Origin: Ginglymostoma cirratum
Taxonomy: Eukaryota
Direction: 5' to 3'
NCBI GenBank assembly: GCA_024137785.1
Contig: JAHRHZ010000069.1
Span: forward strand, 11,640,653 to 11,704,652
DNA: 64,000 bases
Of the stretch, positions 37,123 through 49,359 are shown in pieces; the first letter of the stretch is position 1, and each line of letters opens with the position of its first letter. The notes under the pieces are model-generated. The model saw only the letters and a program-made list of their open reading frames with translations. It searched no databases and had not been told where the DNA came from. A program made the translations under genes and the position numbers.

Positions 37123-38825
37123 TTTAAAAAAACCTAGATATTAACAAGGAAAACTTTGCAGGGTCGATCGGGCTAATTTTGCTGTTGCAGTTTCCAGTGC
37201 CTCCAGTTTCCAGTGTCAGGTGGTCCGTCTGGTTTAATTTCTTCTTTGAGACTTCATAATGGTTGATATCATTGAGTGGCTTCCTTGGCCATTTCAGAAA
37301 GCAGTTGAGAGTGAACCATATTGCTGTGGCTTTGGAATCACATGCTGGCCAGACTAGGTAAAGATGACAGATTTCCTTCCCTGAAAGACATTTGTGAAAA
37401 CTGAGAATTAACAAAAGGAATTTAGTGGTTTATGCTTCAATTACTTGAAAGAGTTCAGGCATTCTCACAGACATGCTCAGATTAGAGATAAAGTTGGAGT
37501 CAGCATGTGTGTTCTTTCCCTCACCTGACTAACTAAGTCCAAGGTTTGTGTTTCTTAAGAATGAAAGTAATGCATCCGGTCAGCTGATATCTTGCAATGA
37601 CTGATTCCTCAAAATAATCTAAAAAGGATGTATTCTGAGATTCTCCTTTCCAAGGCATTCATGCTGTATCTGAATTGACAATTGTTTTTCTTAGCTGTCG
37701 GCAGGCAGCCCACCAATTTAAAGTTATTGCCATTTCAAAACACAAAAGCCCTATTCTAACAGTGTGTATGCAATCTCTGAAGGTAGCAAAATGAGTTGAG
37801 AAATCTGTTAAAATTGCACACAGTATCCTTAGCTTTACTAATGGAGATGTTCATGCTCTGATGTATTTTGGGTGGGGTAAGTAGTGCAGGCATTACAGTC
37901 AGGAAAGCTTAGGTTTTTAGGTTTTAACTCCGAGCTGTGTTTGACTTGATATCCCCAGATTAATTGCCTGACAGATGAACTGGCAGGCTCAGCTGCCTAT
38001 TGCATGGGGAAGATTGCAGTATAGTGCCACGTCTGAGGAGCAGATAGGAATTTGGTGATCGTGAGGATAGGCAGGGATCACAGGTGTGTGGCTTGGCTGG
38101 AGAGTCTCTGATCGATGATTGGTGATCTTCTAGCTTGGGGAAAGCAAGTGGTTCAGTCACAGGTGATCATGGATTTAGGGGGAGTATACAAGATTTGTTT
38201 GTTAAAACTGGAGGAAACTTCTTCCTGGTCCAAATGCCGTAATGGCATTGGCCCCATTAATTTGGCCCTTTTTCCTTAACTGTCCAATTTTTTTTCAAGG
38301 GCCTTAGTACTTAAAAATAGACACCTTGAGGAATCTTGTTATGACACCTGGGGTCTTGCTAGCTGGCAGGAGAGCAAATGAGAAACCCATAGTGCCTTCT
38401 GTTGGGAAGGTTTGCTCAGGATCAAGTCAGACAGGCAGAGGTGAGGCTGGTGGGAGGGCTGCATTTTGAAATCACTACCATAAGGGAGAAGTCCCACATA
38501 GTGAGAGCTGCCAACTCATCACAGGCTGGTTTCTTATGCTAAGAGCATCATGTGAGTTAGCCAGTGTTGCCCATCCCCTCCCCTCCCCTCCCCAGAGACC
38601 CAAATCATGGAGCACCTAAGTCACAAGTAACAGTAGGGTGTTGGGGGCAGGGGGACAGTACCTGGGTTCGGGGTTTTTGGCAGATGGGTTTGAAAGCCAT
38701 GGTATGAGGGGTAGCTGTCAAAAGGTATATATGCTGCTTCTACTGTTTGGCATGTTGTAGCTTCACCAATTTTGTATCTTGTCTTTGTTTCAGCCTGGTA
38801 TTGCTCCTGGCATGTTTTTATAAAA

Positions 38826-39110
38826 TTACAGAATCCTTACAGTGTGGAAACAGGCCATTCAATCTATCAACACCACACCAACCATCTGAAGAGCATCCCA
38901 GCCAGACCCACCACCCCCCGACCTTGTTCCCGTAACCCTTCATTTCTCATGGCTAATCCACCTAGCCTGCTCATTTAAGGAAAGTGTGGGCAATTTAGCA
39001 TGGCCAGTCCACCAAACCTGCACATGTTTGGACTGTGGAAGGAAACCGGAGCACCCGGAGGAAACCCACGCCGACACAGGGAGAATGTGCAAACTCCACA
39101 CAGACAGACT
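38826..39110 (-). mobile_element. HE1-type V-SINE, head truncated
   Basis: V-domain (ggaaaccggagcacccggaggaaacccacg...) and tail present. Confidence 0.85.
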
Positions 39111-39119
39111 CTTAAGTTG

Positions 39120-40270
39120 AAGCAGGCTGATCCGCAGCTTGATGGTAATGGAACAGTGAGCAATATGCCAGGCTGTGAAGTTACTAATTGTGGTTCAGTG
39201 CACATCATTGCTGCTAATCGCCCACCAGGCTTCATGGATTCCCAGTTTTGGGCTGTTTGATCTGTTCTGAATTTATCCCACTTAACCTGATAGTAGTACA
39301 CGCAGAGTAAAGGTTAAGAGGGTTTTTTTTTTCTTTTTATCCACTCCTAGGATCTGGGCCACCATTTACTGCCAATCCCCAGTTGCCCTTAAGAAGGTGG
39401 TGGTGAGCTGCCTCCTTAAACTGCTGCAGCCCGTATGATGTAGGTTGATCCACAATGCCCTTAGGGAGGGAATTCCAGCATAGTGATCCAGCAACAGTGA
39501 AGGAACAGTGGTATATTTGCAAGTCAGGATGGTGAGTGGCTTGTAGGGGAACTTGCAATGGTGGTATTCCCGCGTAAAATATCACAACATGGGAAGCTGG
39601 GATCTGTGAGAAGAAAATTCTAAAGGTGCCCTGTTGAACCATGTCTGTAAATATATAATGAATAAATGTTTGTTGGTTGGCACAGTAGTATGATTTACAG
39701 TCCTTGCCAGAACTTGGTTGTCATGTTTATGTGGTGGACACAATGGAATGGATGATGTCCTTGTTGTGATGTTGGGCTATTGTCACCAGAAAGGCTGTGC
39801 ACAAGTGACTACCACTAATGCATTGCCATCCGCTGCAAGCCCACTCTCACAGCTACCTTCTTCAGGACTTGATCGATAGTGGTGCTACTGGAACCATACT
39901 ACCTCAGACATTCTGTGCCCTTGCCTTGGTTAGTACTTCATCTCCTTGATGTTCACTGGAGGAATACTGGTTTATCAATTGAGGAAGGATGACGAGTAGT
40001 CATTGCCAGGAGGTTTCCTTGTCATATTTGACCTGATTTCATGAGAAATCACGAGGTTAGAGTCAATGTTTAGGACTCCCAAGGCTAATTTTTCCTGTCT
40101 GATTACCACTCTGCTGCTACCTCGGATGGTTCTGTCCTGCTATGTGGCAGGACATATCCCAGGGATGGTGATGGCGATGTTGATATCTGGGATATTTTCT
40201 GTGAAGTGATAACCCTACGATTATAACTTCAGAGCATTATATGAATAATCAGTGGGACAACTCTCTCCAG
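39120..40270 (-). mobile_element. LINE-B fragments (endonuclease region plus an inserted 3' tail at 39330-39570)
   Basis: Homologous to 35820-36550 and to 3290-3510. Confidence 0.7.
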
Positions 40271-40559
40271 ATCCGTCTGGTTTTATTCAAGCTTGACATT
40301 TTTTTAAGGCTTATGATTATATCACAGGGAAGTTAACAGTCAATCTGTCGATCTGGCATCACTTTTTACCAGACATCTCAATGACACTGGAGTAAAAGCA
40401 TAGTTCTAAGGGCAAAAAAAAAAGTACATCAAAACTGCAGACTGCCATTTTTGTGAAAAGATGAGTCACTTTATAGAAATATGTTGCAGCAAGCAACTTA
40501 TTATTCAGAATGGAAACATCAGACAATGATGTAACAGTGCCATTCCTGTGCAAGATTAA

Positions 40560-41365
40560 AAGTTTAACTGGAAGTTGTTTGAGACGCTAAAATTTTACAT
40601 GATGGACACAAAATATGTTTTAACTGAATCCTGGAGTAGGACTTAGTTTCGGTTCTTCCTGACACTGAACCATAGTTGGAGCAAGACCTATTTCAGCCAA
40701 GTGCAAAACTCCATGGACCAGGAGGCATACAACTGAAAGTTATTAGACAGATGACCATTATGCTGCAAAATAAATGGAGAAAAGTCACAGAACCCTTACA
40801 AATAACACAGAACCAGGACTGGGGACTTTTAAGTTGAAGAGTTGAACAGATTTACTGTAAGTTTACAAAGTGGGAAATTGGAAAGCCAAGAGAACCCTTA
40901 AGATTTTAGAGTTGAATTTGCAAAATGTTTAAAGGTCTTGGAAAGCTATAAACAGCTTATCACGTCCTCCTACATCCTGAAGCAAAGCCTGTATATTTGT
41001 TTACACCAAGAAAAGTCCCTGAACCACATTTACAAGAGGAAAAACAGGAATTTAACTCAATGTTGCAACAAGACATTATTTCATCTGTAATAAAACTTGC
41101 AAGTTAGTGTTCAGGTATGGCTCCAGTATAGAAATTGAATGGATTCCTTGCAATCTATTTCACACAGTTGAACAAAGTCATTGAGAGCGAGGTTGAAAGC
41201 CGGAAAGAGTTAAATTGTCTCTAAGCTTGATGTGAATAGTGGTTTTTGACAATTAGCATTAGACAAAGAATTTTAATTACTTATAAAATTTAATTACATC
41301 ATTTGGGAGATATCATTTTTAACTGATTACCCTTTGGTTCCACATCTGCACCAGAGATGTTTCAG
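40560..41365 (+). mobile_element. Ty3/Gypsy pol remnant (protease-RT)
   Basis: Broken translation KGLGKL*TAYHVLLHPEAKPVYLFTPRKVP..MLQQDIISSV....*CSGMAPV..QLNKVIERE..SKLDVNSGF*QLAL..ITSFGRY..LPFGSTSAPEMFQ. Confidence 0.85.
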
Positions 41366-41765
41366 TGTGAGGTACCAAGTAGAATTGAGACTTGATAGAA
41401 GTCTGTAAAATTATGAGATGCATAGATCGCGTTGACAGTCAGCATCTTTATCCCGAGAGTTGAAATGTCTAAAACTAGTGGGCATGCAGTTAAGGTGAGA
41501 GGCGAAAAGTTTGAAGCGGATGTGAGGGCAAGTTTCTTTTTATAGAGTGGTGGGAGTCTGGAACACACTGCCAGGAGTGATGGAGATAGATACAATAGAG
41601 GCATTTAAGAGACTTTTAGATCAGCACGTAAACGTGCAAGAAATGGAAATATATGGATCAAGGGCAGGCAGAAGGGATTAGTTTAATTTGGCTTCATGTT
41701 TGGCACAGCATCATGGGCCGAAGGGCCTGTTCCTGTGCTGTACAGTTCTATGTTCTACGTTCTAA
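41366..41765 (+). mobile_element. CR1 LINE 3' end
   Basis: 3' UTR catgggccgaagggcctgttcctgtgctgtacagttctatgttctacgttcta. Confidence 0.85.
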
Positions 41766-42009
41766 GGGTAAGGAGAGAATTTTTTTTTGTGAAGGACATC
41801 GGCAGACTACTTTACAACTATCTGGTAGTTTTTAGTGTTGTTACTGAGAGCCAGATATTTTTAATTGAAATGAAATTCCCTCGACTGTCATTACCAAGAA
41901 CCAGATTTTTGAAGTGAAATTCCCTCAGCCACTCTGTTGGGATTTGCACTTGTGTCTCAGAGGTATTAGTTAAGGCTGCCAAACAACGACAATACCACTG
42001 TGCAATTAC

Positions 42010-42340
42010 AGGGGATGCAACAGCCTAATGGTATTATCACTCGACTGTTAATCCAGAGATTTGAGGATCCAGGATCAAATCCCACCATGGTAGATGGTGG
42101 AATTTGAATTCAATTAAAATCTGGAATTAAAAGTCTGATGATGACTGCAAATTCATTATTGATTGTCAGGAATCACCATTCTTGTTCACGAATCCCCTTT
42201 AGGGGAGGAAACTGCTATCCTTACCTGGTCTGACCTACTTGTGACTTCAGACTGACAGCAATGTGGTTGACTCTTAACTGCCCTCTGGCTAAAAATGCTG
42301 GCTTAGGAAGTGTCACCCTCATCCTGTGAATGAATAAAAC
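42010..42340 (+). mobile_element. tRNA-headed LINE-B-partner SINE
   Basis: cctaatggtattatcact..aatccagag..caaatcccaccatggtagatggtggaatttgaattc...ccttacctggtctg..gcaatgtggttgactcttaactgccctctg..aatgctggc..gaatgaataaaac. Confidence 0.8.
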
Positions 42341-42499
42341 AAAACTACCATCCCTGTTCATCAGTTCCCATCACTCTGTTGTTTGTTTTGTACTTCAAGC
42401 CACTGCACTCGTTCCCAACAAGGTAGCAACTTGTGGCATCTAAAATGATAAAGGTGCAAAGATGAGGTTGCTATGAAGGAAGGAGTGATGAAGGATGGC

Positions 42500-43130
42500 T
42501 CATTACTGAGCATGACCTCTAGTGTAGCTGCACAGTGAGTTGTCAGCATTGTTTCCTCAATGTGTAAGAACATATGGCAAGTCATGTTCCTGCTGGCACA
42601 CTGCTGCTGCATCTGATTATGGGCCACCTGTCTTGCAAGAACAGGAGGGAACGTATTACAGAGTATGGTGAAATGTGCCTGATTGATAGTATTTCTATGA
42701 ACTCATTGAATGTCTGGCGATGTGTGAAAGCTGTCTTTTGATGTGAGATTTATGGTAGTGCTAAATGTGAAGAGAAGGTGAGGTTGTTTGAGTCACGATT
42801 CATATAGGTTGTTGGGAAGTGTTGAGGTGAATGGGACAGACTGTTCATTCACTTCTGAAGATATGGAATTTGCAGATGATCGTGCCTACTTGTATGAAAT
42901 CATTGAATTTATTTCAGTGTTGCATTCAGTTCCATCAAGTTAGGCTGCTTTCATTCACAGTGCTGACTATTTGGGCATTTATTGTCTTCATAATGCCTGA
43001 CTAGAGAGTCTGTAAACCCCTACAAGAAGAGAAACTCTCTCTTTCTGTCAAAATTTTTCACCACTGCCTCCAGAGCGGCCTGCAGAGAAACACAGGACAT
43101 GCTCTTGGGCTTGTTTCCACTTATCTTCCT
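42500..43130 (-). pseudogene. Second degraded Myb/SANT-like (Harbinger accessory) remnant
   Basis: Minus strand: EHVLCFSA.. (compare RAPRFS), MQH*NKFNDFIQVGT at 42925-42881 (compare QCRKKFNDL), then VAHNQMQQQ..HIEETML. Confidence 0.5.
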
Positions 43131-43879
43131 GTTCAGAAACTCTTCCTGATTCAGTTTCAACAGCTGCTTCAGCTAAAATGCACCTTGCCTTTAAGAAGAG
43201 TGAACTGACTTTAAGCGGTTCTTGCCTCACACTATCTTGGGCAACTGTTGAGCCTTGCAGTCACTTGGTGCTGAGCGGTAAGCTTTATCTTTTAAATTAG
43301 CAGACGGCACAAAGTGTGTGTGCTATCTACATCATGACAAACGTGCGCATGAAATACACGTCAATTCCTTTGCCTGAGTACCAACCAAATCCAATTCCAC
43401 CTTCATCGTCTTTAAAGATTGCATTACTGAAGTTTGAGATTTCACCTCAGCTCAACTGTAGTATACTATCGAAGTAAGAATTTCAGCTTAATAAATATCG
43501 AAAGTAAAACATAAAATGCGTGATCTTTCCTTGTCGGTGCTCCTTCTGCACAACTCTTGTTTTAAACTGTAATTTGCACAAGGAAATATTTATTTTTTAA
43601 TGGATGGCTATTGTATTAGATCTGCTTCTTGTATCATAGCATGAACAATTTTTGTGCACTTTGATCAGAGGTATGACTTTCGCTTGGCTATAAATTCAGT
43701 TTAGTAAAGGATCAAAAGGTGCAACTTCTGAATAATTGAAGTGATACAAGCCACAAATTTGTGGAAATGTGTCAAACCTTTTAAAATAGACTGGGATTTG
43801 CCTCAATTGAATGAGATTTAATAGATACACAATCTTAGTTCGAGAAGTGCATTGTTAAATCAGAAGTTCACATCATAAA

Positions 43880-45920
43880 AATCTGAGATGTAGGATGTTA
43901 TACTGGGCTGTTCTGACCATCAGCCTGCACTGTCATTCACTAAGATTGTGGCTGATCTAAATGTGCCATGAAGTCCACTTTTCTGCTTGTTCTCTGTCAT
44001 CCTTAATTCCCTGGAAAATCAAAAATCTGCCGAACTCAAACTTAAATAAATTTAATCATTGCCTCCAAAGTTTTATGTGGAATAGAATTCCAAATTCTCA
44101 TGATTCTTTGATAGAAGAAATTTCTTATTATTAAATGTGGAGACCCTTCAGTATTTAACTGTGTTTCTTCCCCACAAGGGGAAGCGTCTTTTCAGCATTC
44201 ATTCTCAAGCTCCCTCTGAGCTTGATTAAGCGTTTGAGTTATAAGGAGAGGCAGGATAAGCTGGGATTTTTCTCATTGGAATGTGGGAGGCTGAGGGGTG
44301 ACAATACAGAGGTTTATAAAATTGAGGGACATAGATAAGGTGATTTACAAAGCTCTTTTCCCGAGGTTTGGGGAATTCAAAACGAGAGGGCATAATTTTA
44401 GGGCGAGAGGAGAAGGATTTAAAAGGGACCTGAAGGACAACGTTTTCACACAGAGGGTGGCTCTTATGTAGAATGAGCTGCCAGAGGAAGTGATAAATGC
44501 AGGTACAGTTAGAACATTTAAAAGGCATTTGGAAAGGTACACAAATAAGAAAGATTCCGAGGGGTATGGGCATAACTCAGTCAAATGGGACAAGTTTAGT
44601 TTGGGAAACAGTCGGCATGGACTAGTTGGTCCAAAGGGTCTGTTTCCGTGCTGTATGACTCGATGACTCTATGATTCTAAGATGATCTCTTATTCTTTTA
44701 AACTCTAATGTGAAGGCCCAACCCGATCAACCTTTCCTTGTAAAATACTTGTTGCATCCCTGGAATCAGCTGACTAAACCTTCTTTGAAATGTCTCCAAT
44801 GCAAGATTATTTCTGCTTAATTAAGGAGACAGTGCACGAAGTGTGGTTTCATCAACTCCTTGTACAGTTGTAAAAAGACTTTCAATCTTATACTACCTTC
44901 CCCTTGTAACAGCGGGCAGCATTTCAGTGCTGTTCACCATTACTCAGCTACTGAAGCAGTCCATCTTCAAAAGCAGCAACATTTGGACAACATCTATGCT
45001 TGGGCTGACAAGTGGCTCGTAACATTTGCACCCTTCAAATGCCAGGCAATGACTATCTTCAATTTGAGACCATCTGACCACCATTCCTTGACATTCAACG
45101 CTGTTGCCATCAATGAATACCCAACTATAAATATCCTGAGGGCTACCATTGACCAGAAACTCAACTGGACTCACCATATAAATACAGTCGCTACAAGACC
45201 AGGTCAGAGTCTACGAATGTTATGTCGAGTATCTCACTTCCTGACTCTCAAAGCCTGTCTGCTGTCTACAAGGCAAAAATACTCCCAACTTACCTTGATG
45301 GGTACCCAAAAAGGTGAACACAATCCAGGACAAAGCAGCCCGCTTGATTGGCACCACATCCACAAGCATCCACTCTCTCCAGTACTGACACTCAAAAGCA
45401 GCAGTGTGTATTGTCTACAAGATACAGGACAGAAAGGCAGCAAACATCCTCAGACAGCCCTTTCCAAATCCACAACCATTTCCGCCTAGAAGGATAAGGG
45501 GAGCAGATACACAGAAGTACTACCGCCTGGAAGTTCCCCTCCAAGCCACTCACTGTCATTGGGTCAGAGTCCTGGAATTTCCTCCCTAAGAGTATGCGGG
45601 TCTACCACGAAATGCAGTAGTTCTCACGGGCAACTAGGGACGGACGATAAAGATGCTGGCTAACAGGTGGTGCCCACTTCCCACGAGTGAATTTTAAGAA
45701 AAAGTCTTTCCAATTACTTGCTCTATCTGCATGCTAATCTTGAATGAATCATGTCTGAAGACATCCAGGTCCCTCCATACTATGGAATTTCTGCAGTCTC
45801 TCTCAATTTGAATAATGTTCCACTCCAACTTTTTATTCTTTCTGCTAAAGTGGACAGCCTCACGTCTTTTCCCATATAATGCTCCATTTGACAAGTTTTT
45901 GTCCGCTACATAACTTATCT
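43880..45920. mobile_element. Nested cluster: minus-strand CR1 split by a plus-strand CR1 3' end (44225-44680) and a plus-strand LINE-B 3' part (about 44915-45695)
   Basis: ORF 44860-45489 has WADKWLVTFAPFKCQAM..IDQKLNW. CR1 tail gactctatgattcta lies at about 44670, with minus-strand CR1 pieces on both sides. Confidence 0.75.
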
Positions 45921-47215
45921 ATGCATTGCCTGGAACTGTAGTGGACACATGTTCGATTGAGGCATTCAAGAGGGTATTGTATGGTTGTTTTTAATCAAAT
46001 TAAATGCATGATGATAGGGGAAAAAACCCAGGAAAACCTCACTAATTTAAATTGTTTAGTGAGTCAGTGCAAGTGTAATGGACTGAATGGCTTTCTTCTG
46101 CAGATTAGAAGTCTGTAATTTTGTTATCTCTATCTCTGGCAGGTTGGCTGATTGGCCAAAGCAAAATGTTTCCCGTTAGATTTTGTTCTGCAAATTGGGC
46201 AGCCCTTGTTAAATGATCCTGAACTATTTTATGGCTCTACCAACAACCAATTTAAGATGATCAAACTCTTCACATGGCCTATTTTAATTTTTCTGGAATA
46301 TGCATTTGCAGGGAAATGTTTTCTGCAAACACAATGTACATTTTCAAGCATGGCACTTTTAAAAAAGTATCCATGCTCTTAAGGAACCTATATTTCCCTG
46401 TTCTTTTTCCTTGGCAATGCCTTGACCAATCGGAACCAGCACTGTTTTTACCTGCAGTATAAATGATTGTGATTGTTTATCATTTGACAATTTGCATTTG
46501 CCTTGATGGGTTACAGGACAAAAAAAAAACTTTGGTCGCATGTTAGAAATATTCAAATCCTGAACAAAGTGAGAAGTGTGTTTTCTTTTAATAAATAGGC
46601 GCCCTTTTATTCCAGAATTCAAATTATTAATTGATGGATGTTAAGGGTTAGACTGGTTTATTGTTTAGGGACAATGTCCTTCTATGAGAATCATATGTTA
46701 TTTCGTTTATACAAAAATAGTAGACCAAGCAGTGTCTCATTTTGAGAAAGATCTTCAACAGCACTAAGCAAAACTGTTGTATACTTCAGTGCACTTTGAA
46801 GTAATGCAAATTAAGTGGAGAAGAATGATATTGCATGATAAAACTTGTGATCTTTTGCCTGTGCTGTACCTGTAGTGTTTTTCTATCCAAATACAGAGAT
46901 TGTGTCTGATGTCGTCTGTCAAGAATACGATTTTGACAGTCAGGAAAGACATGGAACATGAATGTCACAAAAGGAGCATCAGAATTTCAAGAAATTCCTC
47001 TCTGACAGATTAGCAAAGAAGAAATTCATGGAGTGGGTGTGTGAAAATTTGCAGCACCAGTAGAAGCCTGTAGATGGTAGTGTTGAATTGAATGGATGCT
47101 GGAAATATAGAAGTTTTGTCAACAGAGTGTTCATGGTACAAGTGTCACAGTTCAGAGATAGAAAACAATGGAAAATGATTGATAAACATGGGCGACCTGC
47201 CATTCCATCAGGAAC

Positions 47216-47540
47216 CAGAAATCCTACAGTGTGGAAGCAGGCCATTCAACACAGTGAGTCCACACCAAACCTCCAAAGAGCATTCCTCCCAGATGCATCC
47301 CTTCCCTATCCCTGTAACCCTGCATTCCCCATGGCTAATCCAGCTATTCTGCATATCCTTGGACATGATGGGCAATTTAGCACGTCTTTGGACTGTGGGA
47401 GGAAACCGGAGCACCTGGAGGAAACCTACGCAGACACAGGGAGGAAGTGTAAACTCCCCACAGACAGTCACCCAAGATTGGAATTGAACCCAGGTTCCTA
47501 GCACTTTGAGGCAGCAGTGCTAACGCTGAACTAGTGTACC
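47216..47540 (-). mobile_element. HE1-type V-SINE
   Basis: Same architecture as the other copies. Confidence 0.85.
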
Positions 47541-47912
47541 CCATCAGGAAGATGACAAGGGTTGGCTTCATGTAGGGGAAGATAACATGTCATCGCGCTG
47601 ATAGATTTTATTTTAATATGTTGGGACTGCATAAAAGAATGTATAATTGTACCTTCTAACGCAGCAACACCCAGCCAAAAGCTTACCTTGCAAACGCAGG
47701 AAGATCTTCATTCTTTCTTTGTCGCCAAGTTCAAGATGTGCTTCTGCAGCTTCTATTCTTTTCTGCAAAATGTCCCCTTATGTTCCGCACTGACCCTAAA
47801 CATGATCCCTCATCCCTTTATACTTTCTCTCCTGTCTTCCCTCATAACTTTTAGAAGCTGAATTACTCATGAAACACACTTTTATCCTCTTGACCCCTTT
47901 CCTGTAGTGACA

Positions 47913-48260
47913 GTGGAGGCAATGGTGTACTGGTATTATCACTGGGTTGTTAATCCTGAGACCCAGGTAATGATCTGGGGACCTGGGTTCAGATTCCACC
48001 ATGGTAGATGGTATAATTTGAATTCAGCAAAAAATCTGGAATTAAGAGCCTAATGGTGACCTTGAAATCATTGTCAGTTGTTGGCTTAAACCCCACTTAG
48101 ATCACTAATGTCCTTTAGGGAAGTAAACTGCTGTCCTTACATTATCTGGCCTATGTGTAACTCCAGGCCCACAGGAATGTGGTTGACACTAACTGACTGT
48201 TGGGCAATAAATACTGCTCTAGCCTGCCACACCCATACCCCATGAATGGATAAAAAAGAA
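47913..48260 (+). mobile_element. tRNA-headed LINE-B-partner SINE
   Basis: ggaggcaatggtgtactggtatt..ggggacctgggttcagattccacc...cctttagggaag..gggcaataaatactg..catgaatggataaaaaag. Confidence 0.8.
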
Positions 48261-48714
48261 CAAACTTCCTTCCCAAGCTTTTAGGTGAATCAGGATTACA
48301 AATAGTTCCCTCTGCTTAGACATTGTCATGTTTCCTTTCAAATCCAATGCCATCTTTCATTTGTACAAAGAGCTAATTTCAATCCCTCTAACATTGTTAT
48401 ATACAGTTCATGCCCTTATGCTGCTGTCTTATACCTGAGTCCATATGTCTGCAATCAATGATAGGGAAAGCATGAGAGAACAGAAGGAGTGGCCTGAGTA
48501 GTTAAAGATGAAATCACTTCGTTTTAAAGATAATTCGAGATATAATCGGAAGTAAGCAAACAGTGAAGAGAATTAAGGAAACAAAGTGATGACAATGTGT
48601 ACCGGTGCCCTGATAGCCATTGAGCTGAGAAGTGTAGAGAATGTAAGTGTGAAGAGTAAGTAAACACATAGTAAAAGCAGAGTGGTTCTTATAGATGGTT
48701 TCAACTTTCATATA

Positions 48715-48880
48715 AAAAGCAAAAGAACTGTTGATGCTAGAAATCGGAAACAAAAACAGAAATTGCTGGAATAACACCGCAGGTCTGACAGCATCTCTGG
48801 AGAGGAAGCAGAGCCAACATTTTAGGTCCAGTGCCCCTTCCTCAGAACTGATGGTAGCGAGGACAATGTTGGTTTTTAAA
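48715..48880 (-). mobile_element. pLTR fragment of a second Penelope-like family
   Basis: aagaactg..gatgct.gaaatc.gaaacaaaaacagaaattgctgg..., with the minus-strand motif AGTT-CTGAGGA-AGGG..CCT-AAAA-TGTT-GGCT. A homologue lies at 63295-63570. Confidence 0.6.
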
Positions 48881-49359
48881 CCAATTTCTGTTTTTCTTAA
48901 CTTTCATATAGATTGGACAAGCAGACTAGTACATGTCAGAAAGGTGATGAATTTATTGAGTATGTAGGATAGTTTTCAGTAACAATATGTCTGAAAAGCC
49001 ATGCAATATTAGACTTAATAACGAACAATGAATCAGATTGAGTTCACAGTCAGCACTGTGTGAATGTTTATCTAATAGTGAGCGCAATGCAATTGAATTC
49101 ATTGTGGAGCTTGAAAGGGAGAAATATGAACTAGCTACTAAGATGTTAGATTTACATGTCAACAACATCATTGTAATTAAACAGACTGTCTGCAATAAAC
49201 TGGACCAATCTGCTGATGAGAAAGTGGCAGAGCATCAATCTGAGGTGTTCAGAAAAGAATATGTACAGAACTAATTTATACTTCTAAGGATCAAGAACTC
49301 CACTTACAGCAGAGTCAAGACTTACGGGGACAGGCTAAAAATTTCCCGAAGATTTGTGT

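Larger units (their letters stand above)
30755..37410 (-). mobile_element. Near full-length degraded LINE-B interrupted by several nested insertions
   Basis: Tail 30755-30880, RT 3' part 31905-32268, body 34369-36553 (GVPQASVLSSTIFSDFIN; DVSWHQIKHGQGNLLL..GDFHVHH), 5' end 37130-37410. The pieces rejoin colinearly across the insertions. Confidence 0.8.

Noticed and set aside
46890-47190. Candidate next exon after atacag
   Set aside because: Stop codon in the phase-1 frame and no Ig motifs. It resembles a decayed CR1 endonuclease (KKFMEWVCENLQHQ).
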